A DNA stretch of 64,000 nucleotides from Eledone cirrhosa (Eukaryota): the NCBI GenBank assembly GCA_964016885.1, contig OZ024748.1:310001-374000 (forward strand), written 5' to 3'. The notes under the pieces were generated by a model. It was given only the letters and a program-made list of their open reading frames with translations, was not told the origin of the DNA and ran no database searches. Numbering within the stretch: position 1 is the first letter of the stretch; every line of letters begins with the position of its first letter. Below are positions 48,711 to 61,705 of the stretch, in pieces. The translations under genes were made by a program, and so were the position numbers.

Positions 48711-49849
48711 GTCCTTGGAAAGACCAATGGAACATGGCTCAATTTGATGAGTTCCGCCCCACTCGGTAAACAATTGAGGTCCCCAACCATCAAACACTAT
48801 GTAGGTCACATACAGCTCATTATAGTAGCCACGTTTCCTCATATTATTATTATTACTTCTTTTAGAGGGTCAGACGCCATGTTTTCCAGCAGAGTTACAT
48901 CCCTTTACGGTCTGTGTTCAAATCCCGCCGAGGTTAACTTTGCCTTTCATCCTTACGGGGTTGATAAAATAAAGTACCAGTAATGTACTGGTTAATTGCT
49001 GGCCTTGTGTCAAAAGTAGAAACAATTATTATTACTTTCTTTTATTATCCAAATCTAAACAAGATCCTCAGACCTCATTCCCTTACCAAGTGGGGTGAAA
49101 CTTGTCAGATCAGACTAAGGAAATAATGTTTCCATTGGTCTTTATATTGCTGTTACTATCTACTGGTCACAACTCCTGGCAGAAGGAGCAACGGGAAATA
49201 AAGTGTCTTGCTCAAGGACATAATACATCACCTGGTCTGGGAATTGAACTCACAATCTCTCGATTGTCAACCCACCTCTTTAACCACTAAGCCACACACC
49301 CCATATTATAAACCATTATTAAAAATCATTAGCAAGGAGGCAAAACTTTGTATATGTTATCTCTAACTCCAGGGAAAAAGAGCAGATGGTTTAATATGTG
49401 TTACCTTGGAGAATAAGGCCATTGTTTTATTTGGGACACCACTATGGTTGATACATTTATACATATACACACATTAACTCTTTAGCATTTACATTACTCT
49501 ATATGTACTATTGTATTTTCATGGTAAAGGCTTTATCTCACATAATTATCAAATCTATGAGATTTTGATGTTATTTATTTTCAGAACAATACCTTAACAT
49601 CAGTATGAGTGGCCATAATTATCTCATATAATATCAAAGTATGGCAGTGGATTGGTAGAGCGTTGGACACACTGCTTCGCAGCATATACTTATGGCCCTT
49701 TACATTTTGAGTTCAAATCTGATTAAGGTTAGCTTTGCCTTTCATCCTTACGGGGTCGATAAAATAAAGTACCAGTAATATACTGGGATAATTGCTGGCC
49801 TTGAGGATATGACAGAACTCACGCAATATATGTGGATATATAATGGAAA

Positions 49850-50420
49850 TTATTGTTTACAGTGCTCAGGTGCACCACAACTCATCAAAGGTGGATATAT
49901 TACATAGAATAACTGTTTCTACTTTTGGCAAAAGGCCAGCATTTACCCAGTGCATTACTGGTACTTTATTTTATCGACCCTGTAAGGATGAAAGGCAAAG
50001 TTAACCTCGGCGGGATTTGAACATAGAATGGCAAGGGCCATAACTATGTGTCAAAGCATGGCGTCCGACCCTCTACCGATACTGCCAATCCACTGGTGTT
50101 TATATTACATAGTATAATGTACAAATGTCAGGAAAGTGAATACATACAGACACACACACATGCATACGTGTGTGTGGAGGAGGGAATATCAAGTGTAAAT
50201 TTGGCGAATTTCAGGAAGCATGGAAGTTTAGAAGGATGCAGTTTCCCAACAGCTAACAACTGATGCAGGGAGTTTGTTCCATGCTTCAGCAATTCTGAGG
50301 ATGAAAAAAATGTTTCCGAAAGTCATGGGAGCTGTATTGCTTTCTGATTTTGTAGGCATGTCTATGGGTGTTAGACATATAGAATTCAAAAAGGTGCCTA
50401 GGGTTGTTGCTGGAAATATG
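49850..50420 (-). mobile_element. CR1-like LINE 3' end interrupted by a SINE
   Basis: Reverse complement of the 44150-45090 family with a single 61-bp unit; a tRNA-SINE is inserted at about 49912-50092. Confidence 0.75.
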
Positions 50421-50900
50421 ATTACTAATCCTGTGGGTGTGTACCAAGTCAGTTGCCAGATGTCAGAGCTTTAATGTATGCATGATGTAACATATGCAAT
50501 ACATGCAGAGGGGTGTAATGCTTGCACTTACACATTGTTACTTAGTAATATAAACTATGTCAGATTTAGGAGAGTAGAAAATTTAGTAGGTTGAACTACT
50601 GACCTAAATATATATATGTGTGTGTGTGTAATATTTTAATGCGTATATAGATGTGTTTGTGTAATATTTTAATGCGTATATAGATGTGTTTGTGTAATAT
50701 ATATATATATTTTTGTCTATTATTTCCTCATATTTATATATAAATATGTGTGTGTGAATATATATACATATATATCATCATCATCATTTAACGTCTATCT
50801 TCAACGCTAGCAAAGGTTAGACAGGTTTATCCCATTTGAGGCAAGTTTGGTCGGGTGACTGTGTCTTGCTCGTATGGGACTGTTTCTGGGGTGTATGTAC

Positions 50901-50933
<33 letters not shown>

Positions 50934-51753
50934 TGTAAAGCAACACAGCTATAACTATTTCCTGCAACTCATGTGAACTCTACATATTTTCTTTTCTTTT
51001 CTTTCCTTTAACTGCTAATGTTTGTAATTTTAATTATACAACTTAAATACTTCAATATATGTATGAATGTATGTGTGTATGTGTATGTGTGTGTGTATAT
51101 ACATGTGTGTTACTCTAGAGTTTCTCACATGGGCAGGGCTGGATTTAAAGGGAGACAAAGGGGGAAATTGCCCAAGAGAGGTGGTGGTGGTGGTGGTCCC
51201 ACCAGTGACAACTGTAGCAATTTATTTGTCCCCTCAGGCTTTTTAGTTTTAGGATGGTTAGAATTTTTTAATTTAATACCTTTACGTATAACTTAGCACC
51301 AAGCTACGTTTGATATTTAAAATGGAGGGGGGGGGTGCTGTGATTTCTAATTTTTGTGGCTTGCTCAAGGACACAATGAACAAATGACCTTACAATGATG
51401 TTTCAAAACATAACATGTACATGTTCCTTGTTAAAGTATAAATATTTCTCTTCACTGTATAACAATGTTGTTGGAGGAGGGGAGAAGGAAAGAGAGAAAA
51501 CAAGAAAAAGAAAAAGGAGAAAGGAAAAGGAAAAAAGAAAAAGAAGAAAAAGAAAAAGAAGAAAAAGAAAAAGAAGAAAAAGAAGAACAAAAAGAACAAA
51601 AAGAACAAAAAGAACAAAAAGAAAAAAACAAGAAGGGAGGAGGAGAGTAAGTGTAGCAAGAGGGTCCATGAGAAAATTCATTGAAATAGAAAAGTGGGGT
51701 CCTTGGTAATGAAAATTTTTGGAACTCCAAGTTTAGGGATTAGAATTTATTAA

Positions 51754-51971
51754 CCCCTTAGCATTTACATTACTCTGTATTTACTATTGTTTTCATGGTA
51801 AAGGCTTTGCCTGATATAATTATCTCACATAATATGAAATCTATGAGATTTTGATATTATTTATTTTGAGAACAATACCTTAACATAAATATGAGTAGCC
51901 AGTTACAGCTAGTTTGAACAGAAAGAGGTAGAGAATTCTGACGGGATATGGCCAGTTTAAATGCTAAAGAG
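51754..51971. mobile_element. piggyBac-type MITE copy
   Basis: TTAA flanks, same family. Confidence 0.8.
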
Positions 51972-52659
51972 TTAAAGGGTTGTTAAGATATGGGTGCAGT
52001 ATTGAACTACCAACCTATAGATTATCAGTTCAACTCTACTCCTAGGTGTTTATAATTCTTTTACTAGTTTCAGTCATTAGGGTGTGGCCATGCTGGAGTA
52101 TCACCTTCAATATGTTTCATTGATCATATTGCCCCCCCCCCACTCCTCCAAAACTTTTATTTTTTTAAAAAGTCTGGTACTTATTTTATTGGCCTCTACT
52201 TGCTGATCTGCTAAGTTATGGGAGGTAGGCAAACAACTTAAATACAGACAGCCACACACTCATGTTCATGGTTTCCATGGGTCTGGTTTCCAGGCCCAGT
52301 CGGATTAGCCTCGTCAACCATCTCTGGACTCGCAACCAAAGATCCTCTTCAATTCCAAAGAATGTACAACAACATGTATGTGTTCTTTATGTCAATTTAC
52401 CAACCCCTGTCATTGACCTCATTTCTTTCTTCCTCTCTCTCTCTCTGATAAAGGACGCTCCTTTGAAACATTGATTTTTTTTCTGATTTTTTTACTCTTT
52501 ACAGTAAATCAATTTCATTTGAAATTTTTGTTGTTTTTTTATCTACTAAATTTTATGGATTAACTATTATTGAGAAAAACCAGGTCAGAGATAACTATAG
52601 CAGGCCTGCCTGAATATTGCTGAACTTTCACAAGGAGCTGACAGTTATAGGTATGACAT

Positions 52660-53140
52660 AGATCTGTAAACTAGATCAGAACTGAGCTGGGGGGGGGGGG
52701 GGGTGGCTCTACAATAAAGCAACTGCTACAACAACAATAATAAGCTACTTGTGAGTCAGAAGTATGTCTGGTTGATCAGAGCTGAACTGGGTAACTGGAT
52801 AACACAACACCACCACCACCATACTACATGTGTGACACCATTGATCTGTCTATTAAATCAGAGATCAGAGTTGAGCTGGGGAGGGTGAGGGAGGCCACAC
52901 AACAACAACAACAACACCAACACCATACTACATGTGTGACACCATTGATCAGAGATCAAAGTTGAGATCAGAGTTGAGCTGGGAAGAGTGGGGAAGAGAA
53001 GGGCGACACAACAACAACAAAAACAATAACCCCCTCACACACACACACACATCCCACCCACCATCATAGGCATCTCTACTTTATCAGAGCTGACCTAGAG
53101 TGTGGTGGAGGTGGCGAGATTCTACTCAACAACGACAACA
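52660..53140. repeat. Degenerate tandem repeat with a unit of about 110-120 bp
   Basis: GATCAGAG(C/T)TGAGCTGGG...ACAACAAC...CATACTACATGTGTGACACCATTGATC recurs. Confidence 0.65.
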
Positions 53141-53793
53141 ACAACAGCTAAGTACAGGTGTACTACCATAGGTGTGTCTCATCAGATCTCACCTTGTCAC
53201 GGGCTCTACACAACAGGCTGGAAGTTGCCATGGATCAATTATGGCGATGGGGAGGGGTGGGGTGTGTGTAGGTGTGGGCTAAGGGTGTGGGGTATGGAGG
53301 GGTATGTGTGTGTCTTTGTGCATGTATGTGTTATACATGATATATATATATACATATATACATGTAAGTACATACATATATATATAGATACATGTAAGGA
53401 GGCACATGGCTTAGTGGTTAGAGCATTGGGCTTGCAATCGAAAGGTTGTGAGTTCAATTCTCAGACCAGCTGATGTGTTGTTTCCTTGAGCAAGACACTT
53501 TATTTCACATTGCTCCAGTTTATTCAGCTGTAGAAATGAGAGGACAGGAATGGGGTCCCTATCATTCCACTGCAAAGTGGTCGTGGAGGTGCCACGGCAA
53601 AATAGCAGCCAGCCCACACTTTAAAGTGGACGTGTAGGCGCCACGGAAAAAAAGCACCCAGCACTCACTGTAAATGAGGTTGGTATTAGGAAGGGAAACC
53701 AGCTGTAGAAGTAGAAATCAAGCCAGAATCAGTTCCCGTCCCACCTTTGCAAGCAGGGAAAAGCGGACGTAAAATGATGATATATATATATAT

Positions 53794-55386
53794 ATCATCA
53801 TCATCGTTTAACGTCCTTTTACCACGCTAGCATGGGTTAGACGGGAGTTGTCCCAATTTGAGTCAAGGTTGGTCGGGTGACCGTATCTCGCTCATATAAG
53901 ACTATCTGGCAGGTTTTCTACGGCTAGATGCCCTTCCTAACACCAACCACATTTATAGTGTGGAACTGGGAACTTTTTACCGTGTTACCTACACGGCCAC
54001 ATTACAGCGTGGTCTGTTTTTTTGTTGTGACACCTACACAATCTCGATCTCATTATCTCATTTATTTGGACTGGATGTTGTGGTACCAACTTTACAGAGA
54101 GAGGGTGGTGTTGGTGGGAGTGGGAGGATAGGGTAAGGTTAGTAGATTGTGGTGTATATTTGGTTAAGAGGTGCCTACTGACTGTAGGTTTCGCTTTGTA
54201 CATAGGCAAGGCGGGTCTTCTGTATTACTGCGTAGCGCCAAAGATCTTGGTCCAGTGACATTGTCTTGGAGAGGTGCAAGTGTGTATTGTCGGAATTTAT
54301 TAGATCGTCCCAGGTTTTTCTGGGTCTACCTACTCCGTAACTACCATCAATTTTGATCGCCCTGCACTTTTTTATACAGCTGTCGTCTTTCATGCGCATC
54401 ACGTGGCCATACCAACGTAGTCTTCTCTCAAGTAAACAGCATCTGATACCTCTTATTCCTAATTTCTCAATTAGTTCATTTATGCTTTGCCGTTCATGTA
54501 TATTACTATTACACATCCAACGGAGCATGCAAGCTTCGTTCCTTTCCAGTCTACGCAGGTCCTCTGCACGTAATGCCCATGTCTCACTGCCATGTAGCAT
54601 TGCTGTTCGTATACAAGCATCATACAATCTGCCTTTCATTTTTAGAGAGAAACCTTTTGTGGCCAACAGCGGTATAAGTTCTCTGAACTTTTTCCATCCC
54701 GTTCTGACTCTGGCTACTGTACTTTCAGAACACCCTCCTCCACTGCTGATTTCGTCACCCAGGTAACGGAAAGTGTCTACTATTTCTATAGAACCATCTG
54801 GGCAATAGAAGGAGCTAGTATCCTGTGGACACTTGCTACTTATTGCACCTGAGCATCGGCCACATATAAATAGTACATTCTTAGATAGTTTACCTGTGAT
54901 CCCACTACATCTTTTATGTACCCATACTTTGCATTTGGGACGTAAAATGGAATTTCTGCCTACTCCTTTCCTACACACTGAGCATGGCCATGCCCTATTT
55001 TCCTTTCTACAAACTATAACTTTAGTCTTAGACAAGTTAACTTTAAGGCCTTTTGATTCTAGGCCATGATTCCATGTTTCGAATTTCTTCTCTAGTTCAG
55101 TCATTTATTCAGCTATGAGCGTTAGATCATCTGCGTATAGGAGTTCCCATGGGCAGCCGGTCTTGAACTCCTCTGTTATAGCCTGAAGGGCAATAATAAA
55201 TAAGAGGGGGCTAAGGACAGAGCCTTGATGAATGCCAACTTTTACACTAAATTCTTCACAATATTCATTGTTAATTCTAACCTTACTGACTGTTTCTTTA
55301 TACATGGCTTGTATAGCTCTCACAAGCCATTCATCTACACCTAGTTTTCTAAGAGCCCACCAGATAATGGAGCAGGGGACTCTGTC
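53794..55386 (-). mobile_element. 5'-truncated RTE LINE, same subfamily as 15062-16547
   Basis: GIHQGSVLSPLLF, YADD, PHD-like finger, FRYLG, RLRWYGHVMR, (GAT)n tail; frameshift near 55104. Confidence 0.93.
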
Positions 55387-55596
55387 AACACATGTAAATA
55401 TGTTTGAAGGTGTATGTGAGAAGCTGTGGATGTGTGATTGTATATATGTGGTTTATATATGTATGGGTGCATGTGTGTGCATGTATACACAAATTAATTT
55501 ACATGTTAGCAATATGTCCTGTATCAACAGACACCAGAGTAATATTTAAACAGTGTAACACGGTGTAATGTTTCACTGAGATAAGAACAGTTTCCT

Positions 55597-56005
55597 ATGA
55601 TGATGATAATAATGATGGTGATGATGACGGTGGTGGTGATGATGATGATAATAGTGATGGTGGTGATGATGATAATGGTGATGGTGATAATGGTGATGGT
55701 GATGGTGGTGGTGATGATGATGATGATGATGGTAATGATAATGGTGATAGTGATGATGGTAATGGTCATGATAATGATGATGGTGATGATGATGATAATG
55801 ATGGTTGTGGTGGTGATGATGATAATGGTGATGGTGGTGGTGATGATGACGGTAATGTTGATGGTGATGATGATGATAATATAATGTTGATGATGATAAT
55901 ATAATGGTGATGATAATGATGATAGTGATGATGGTAATGGTGATGATAATTGTGATGGTGATGATGATGATAATGATGATGATGATGATGACGACGATGA
56001 TGATA
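55597..56005. repeat. (GAT/GGT)n low-complexity tract
   Basis: Trinucleotide microsatellite; similar tracts at 38357-38720, 42970-43130, 46180-46960. Confidence 0.9.
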
Positions 56006-56015
56006 ATTATAATTA

Positions 56016-59000
56016 ATGTTGGCACTCTCAGAGGTAGATCTGCTGAAATAGCGGAGATGCTGGAGAGAAGGCATGTGGATGTGTGCTGCGTGCAAGAGGT
56101 AAGATGGAGAGGTGCCTCTGCGAGACTAGTCGTAGGCAAACATCTTAGCTATAAGCTTTTCTGGGTCGGTAAGGATGATGGGTTAGGAGGAGTAGGCATT
56201 TTCCTGGCTGAGAGATGGATCAGAGGTAGTTCGAGTTAGTAATCGAATAATTAAGCTTAGATTAGTTATAGGCAGGAGACTACTGACAATCATCTCTGCC
56301 TATGCTCCTCAAGCAGGCCTAGGCAAAGAAGAGAAAGACTGCTTTTACGAGCAACTTTTACAAACAACCGCAATGACAGAGGACGGAGACATCGTTATGT
56401 TAGCAGGGGATTTCAATGGTCAATGTTGGACAGCTCCAGGATGGTTACACTGGGGTACATGGTGGGCACAGTTATGGCTCAAGAAATGAAGAAGGAGTGA
56501 GACTTCTTGAATTTTGTGATGCAAGTACACTGACTATTTGCAACACAAACTTCCAGAAACCTGCCAACCACCTAATAACCTACAAATCAGGCAAGCACAT
56601 AAGCCAGATTGACTTCTTACTAGTTAGGCAGCGGGACAGGCAGATAGTGTCTAATACCAAGGCATACCCTGGGGAAGAATGTACCCCACAGCATAGGTTA
56701 GTCGTTAGTGATATCTCAGTAAGCAAAAGATGGAATGAGACATACAGGAAGGTGTCGAGAAGAAAGGTCTGGAAGCTAAAAGACCTTTCACTAGAATACA
56801 AATTTAGGAAAGCCCTTCAAGATGTATATGACGAAAAAGAAGACGATTTAGAGACGTATGACATAGATAATAACTGGAATTTCTTACGTGACAACTTACT
56901 GCAGGCTCCTGATGAAACTTGTGGCTGGAGCAAAGCTCCAACCAGACAGAGAGAGACCTGGTGGTGGAACAGCACAGTAGATAAGGCCATTAGAGACAAA
57001 AGACTAGCATGGAAAGCTTGGAAAAAGGGTGGGAGTAGGGAAGAATATACAGCCGCTAAGAGAGAAGCTAGACGTCAGGTGTTCTTAGCATGCAGGGAGG
57101 CTGAGAGTAGGAGGTTTGCCAATGTTCTGCGATGGGAAGATCAGAGGTGTGCAGTGTTCCACATTTCAAGGCAGTGTGTCAATGCAAATCAGGATGTTGT
57201 TGGAGATAAATGTGTCCGGAATGATGCCGGTGTACGAATGATCAGAAAAAGGAGGCCTGGAAATGTCATTATGAGAGACTGATGAATGCGGAGAATGAAT
57301 GGGAGAGAGAGAAATTACCCTCAGTAGATCCGACAGAGGGACCAGCTATTGAGATTGACGAATATAGGGTCCAAGAGGCAATTAAGGAAATGAAAAATGG
57401 TAAGGCTGCTGGACCATCCGGGATAGTTGCTGAGATGCTGAAAGCATTAGGGGTTGTAGGCACTAAACTGGGTGCACGCATCATCAATCAGGCTATATAT
57501 GGTGGTGTTATACCCAAAGACTGGTGCAGCAGTATTCTCATAAATTGCTACAAAGGTAAAGGGGATGCTCTGGAGAGGAGCAATTATAGAGGTATAAAAC
57601 TGATGGATCAGGTTATGAAAGTGGCAGAAAGGATATTAGCACAACTAATTAGAGAAAGGGTCAAACTAGATGAGATGCAGTTTGGTTTTGTGCCAGGGAA
57701 GAGTACAACAGATACCCTCTTCTTGGTGAGACAATTACAAGAGAGGTTCTTAAAGAAAAATAAGCCAATATACTTAGCCTTTGTTGACCTAGAGAAGGCC
57801 TTTAATAGGGTACTCCGATCTGTCATCTGGTGGTCCCTAAGGAAACTAGGTGTTGAGGAATGGCTTGTGAGGACAGTGCAAACTTTGTACAGAGGTACTG
57901 TCAGTAAAGTCAGGGTAGGAATGGAGTTTAGTGAGGAATTCCAGATACAAGTAGGAGTACATCAAGGTTCGGTCCTCAGCCCGCTCTTGTTCATTATAGA
58001 CTTCCAAGCCATAACAGAGGAGTTTAAGATTGGCTGTCCATGGGAACTTCTCTATGCTGACGATCTGGTTCTTATAGCAGAATCAGTAGAGGAGCTAGAG
58101 AATAAATTCTGGCTATGGAAACAGCAGTTGGAAGCAAGAAGACTGAGAGTGAACCTAGCTAAGACAAAAGTGTTGATGAGTAGAAAAGAGGACAAAACTC
58201 TGATTCCGTCAGGGAAATGGCCATGTTGGATATGCAGAAAAGGAACTGGCATAAATTCTATAAAATGCACACAATGCAGATCCTGGGTACACAAGAGATA
58301 TAGTGGGTATAGCAGGCAAACTAACAGGTAGGGAGAAATACGTATGCAGTAGATGTACAGGGAAATTAGACAGTAGAAGTCGCTTTGATAGACACATTTT
58401 TCAAATGCAGCCAGGTGCTATAGAAGTGGTGGATAGCTTCTGGTACCTAGGAGATCAGATTAGCATGGGAGGGGGGTGTTCCGAGGCCATAGTATCTAGA
58501 ATAAGGACGGGTTGGAAGAAGTTAAGGGAGCTGCTTCTTTTGCTGACGAAGAAGGGTTTCTCCCTGCGTACGAAAGGCCGGTTATATGATGCCTGTGTGA
58601 GGAGCGCGATGCTGCATGGTAGTGAGACATGGGCAGCAACTGCAGAGGATATGCGACGGTTGGAGAGAAATGAGGCAAGCATACTCCGTTGGATGTGCAA
58701 TGTCAATGTGCGTGAACGACACAGCATGAATGTGTTGAGAGAGAAACTGTGTCTGAGAGGGATAGAATGTAGTGTGCGAGAGAGGAGACTGAGGTGGTAT
58801 GGACATGTGATGCGCATGGAGGATGACCGATGGGTGAAGAAGTGCCAGGAAATGCCAGTTGAGGGAAGACGTGGTCGAGGCAGACCACGAAAAAAATGGG
58901 CGGAGGTGGTGAGAACAAACCACAGATCGCTGAAGCTCACGGTGGAGATGACGAAGGACCGTGACAAGTGGAGAGATGCTGTGCTGAATAAGACCCGTCC

Positions 59001-59047
59001 CACCCTTGCAAGCAGGGAAAAGTGGACGTAAAATGATGATGATGATG
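56016..59047 (+). mobile_element. Near full-length RTE-clade LINE (APE endonuclease, RT and PHD finger), frameshifted
   Basis: NVGTLRG, CCVQEVRW, SAYAPQ, GDFN, QIDFLL, QHRLV, NYRGIKL, FVDLEKAF, QGSVLSP, YADD, RLRWYGHV; at least 3 frameshifts; (GAT)n tail. Confidence 0.95.
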
Positions 59048-59325
59048 TTTCTACTTTTGGCACAAGGCCAGCAATTACCCAGTGCATTACTGGTACTTTA
59101 TTTTATCGACTTTGTAAAGATGAAAGGCAAAGATCACCTCGGCTGGATTTAAACTCAGACCATAAAGGGCCGTAACTCAGTGCTGCAAAGCATAGTGTCT
59201 GACCTTCTACCAATACTGCGAATCCACTATAACGATGATGATAATGAAGGTGATGACGATAAGGATGATGATGATGATGATGATAGAATGATGGAAGGGA
59301 GGAACTTAGAATTCAAATACTGAAC

Positions 59326-59910
59326 AAGTCTTACAGACAAGCCACATGGCCAGCCAGTCTTATACACAAGCCACATTTCCAGCCAGTCTTACAAGCCACA
59401 TGTTCAGCCAGTCTTACAGACAAGCCACATGGCCAGCCAGTCTTATACACAAGCCACATGTCCAGCCAGTCTTATACACAAGCCACATTTCCAGCCAGTC
59501 TTACAAGCCACATGTTCAGCCAGTCTTACAGACAAGCCACATGGCCAGCCAGTCTTATACACAAGCCACATGGCCAGCCAGTCTTATACACAAGCCACAT
59601 TTCCAGCCAGTCTTACAAGCCACATGTTCAGCCAGTCTTACAGACAAGCCACATGGCCAGCCAGTCTTATACACAAGCCACATGTCCAGCCAGTCTTACA
59701 AGCCACATGTTCAGCCAGTCTAACAAGCCACATGTCCAGCCAGTCTCACACACAAACCACATGTCCAGGCAGTCTTACACACAAGCCACATGTCCAGCCA
59801 GTCATACAGACAAGCCACATGTCCAGCCACTCTTACACAAGCCACATGTCCAGCCACTCTTACAAGCCACATGTCCAGCCAGTCTTACAAACCATATGTG
59901 CAGCCATGTC
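59326..59910. repeat. Minisatellite of about 25-30-bp units with higher-order pattern
   Basis: AAGCCACAT(GG/TT/GT)(C/T)CAGCCAGTCTTA(TACAC/C/CAGAC) variants recur in a fixed order. Confidence 0.92.
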
Positions 59911-60134
59911 TTTCTAAGTAAATCCAGGCTGGAATGTCTGACATATTAATGTATTAGTTTTTATTAAAGAGAGATTAGCTTCTGTAATGTCTATTGTTAT
60001 ATTGTTATATCAGATTTCTGTCCTTTATCAGCTTTATTCTTTATAAGCTTCAGTCTTTTATGATCATATTGATAATATATAGTTACACACCTCCATACAT
60101 TGGGAAGAAATAGATTTTATTATATCACTTAGTA

Positions 60135-60930
60135 GGGTGGTGAGATGGCGGTATCTGTAGAACCCATCCTTTGCAGTATAGAGTTGGGGCTTTTTACACT
60201 CTGGGTTCAAATCCTGCCGAGGTTAGCTTTGCCTTTCATCGTTAGTTGGGTGGTGGATTAGCAGTATCGGTAGAACATCAGACACGATGCTGTGCAGCAT
60301 AGAGTTGGGGCTCTTTACACTCTAGGTTCAAAGCTAACCGAGGTTAGCTTTGCTAACTTTCATCCTTATGGGGGTCGATAAAATAAAGTACCAGTAATGC
60401 ACTGGGGTAATTGCTGGTCTTGTGCCTAAAGTTGAAACAATTATATCACTTACTTAGTAGGGTGGTGGGTTGGCAGTATCTGTAGAGCATCAGACACCAT
60501 GCTTTCCAGCATAGAGTTGGGGCCCTTTATCGACCCTGTAAGGATGAAAGGTAATGCTAACCTTGGCGGGATTTGAACTTACATTGTAAAGGGCCGTAAC
60601 TCTATGCCACAAAGCATATTTTCCGATGCTCTACCGATACTACCATATAATAATGATAATGGTTTCTGATTTAGGCATAAGGCCAACAATTTCAGGATAA
60701 GGGCTAGTTGGTTATATCATCCCCAGTATATGACTGGTACTTTATTTTATTGACCCCAAAAGAATGAAAGGTAAAGTTGGCCTTAGTGGGATTTGAACTC
60801 AGAACATGTGAAGAGCCATAACTACATGCCACAAAACATGTCAGATGTTCTCAGAACAATGTAAAGAACCAGAAGAAACATTGCAAAGCATTTTATTTCG
60901 ACACTAACAATTCAACCAACCCACCATCCT
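60135..60930. mobile_element. Cluster of tRNA-derived SINEs in both orientations
   Basis: Plus copies at 60135-60525 abut minus copies at 60525-60930. Confidence 0.8.
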
Positions 60931-61136
60931 TACCACAACAACAACGACAATGACAACAACAACAATAACAATAATGACTGTGTAAAAAGCATGCCTACTT
61001 GGCACTGTTAGGATAAACAGAAAAGTGATAGACACCACCTAGAAGAGCAGAAAGCAATTCTTGTTATATTAAGCTCTGAAACGGAGCTTGATGGTAACAA
61101 GAACAATACCAGGTAAGCTAACATCAACACTGTGTG

Positions 61137-61178
<42 letters not shown>

Positions 61179-61351
61179 GTATAATAATAATAGTAGTAAT
61201 AATAATACTAGGCCATAAAATAAATATGTAAAAATAAAATAACCACTTGATCTGGTGTATATTGTATAACAGGAACATATCTTGTGAAGACATTGTCAGG
61301 TCATCTCCTCAGTTGTGTACTTCTTACAGGTAAGGTCATTGAAAGAAGTGT

Positions 61352-61705
61352 TAGAGGATTTACCTGGATGTTACATAAGGTGAATATAATAGTAGAATGG
61401 TGGTAGAGAATTTACCTGGGTGTTATGTAAGGTGAATTAAATAGATAATAGAATGGTCATAGAGAATTTACCTGGGTGTTATGAAAGGTGAATATAATGG
61501 TAGTAGAGAATTTACCTGGATATTATGTAAGATGAATATAATAGATAATAGAACAGTGGTGGAGGATTTACCTGGATATTATGTAAGGTGAATATAATAG
61601 ATAATAGAATGGTCATAGAGGAGTTACCTAGATGTTATGTAAGGTGAAAATAATTATAAAACAGTGGTAGAGAATTTACCTGGATATTAAATAAGGTAAA
61701 TATAA
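61352..61705. repeat. Tandem repeat with units of about 45-56 bp, 7 copies
   Basis: AGAGAATTTACCTGGATATTATGTAAGGTGAATATAAT units. Confidence 0.85.

Noticed and set aside
53794-59047. Divergent RTE pair as a single twin-primed insertion
   Set aside because: They are different subfamilies, each with its own 3' tail and overlapping RT content, separated by about 600 bp of unrelated DNA
58455-59087. 210-aa minus-strand ORF and other antisense ORFs over LINEs and gag
   Set aside because: They are shadow frames of retroelement coding sequence
60999-61048. Small minus-strand AG...GT segment as an upstream ALT exon
   Set aside because: It has no similarity to the expected ALT N-terminus (EYAVRG motif absent)
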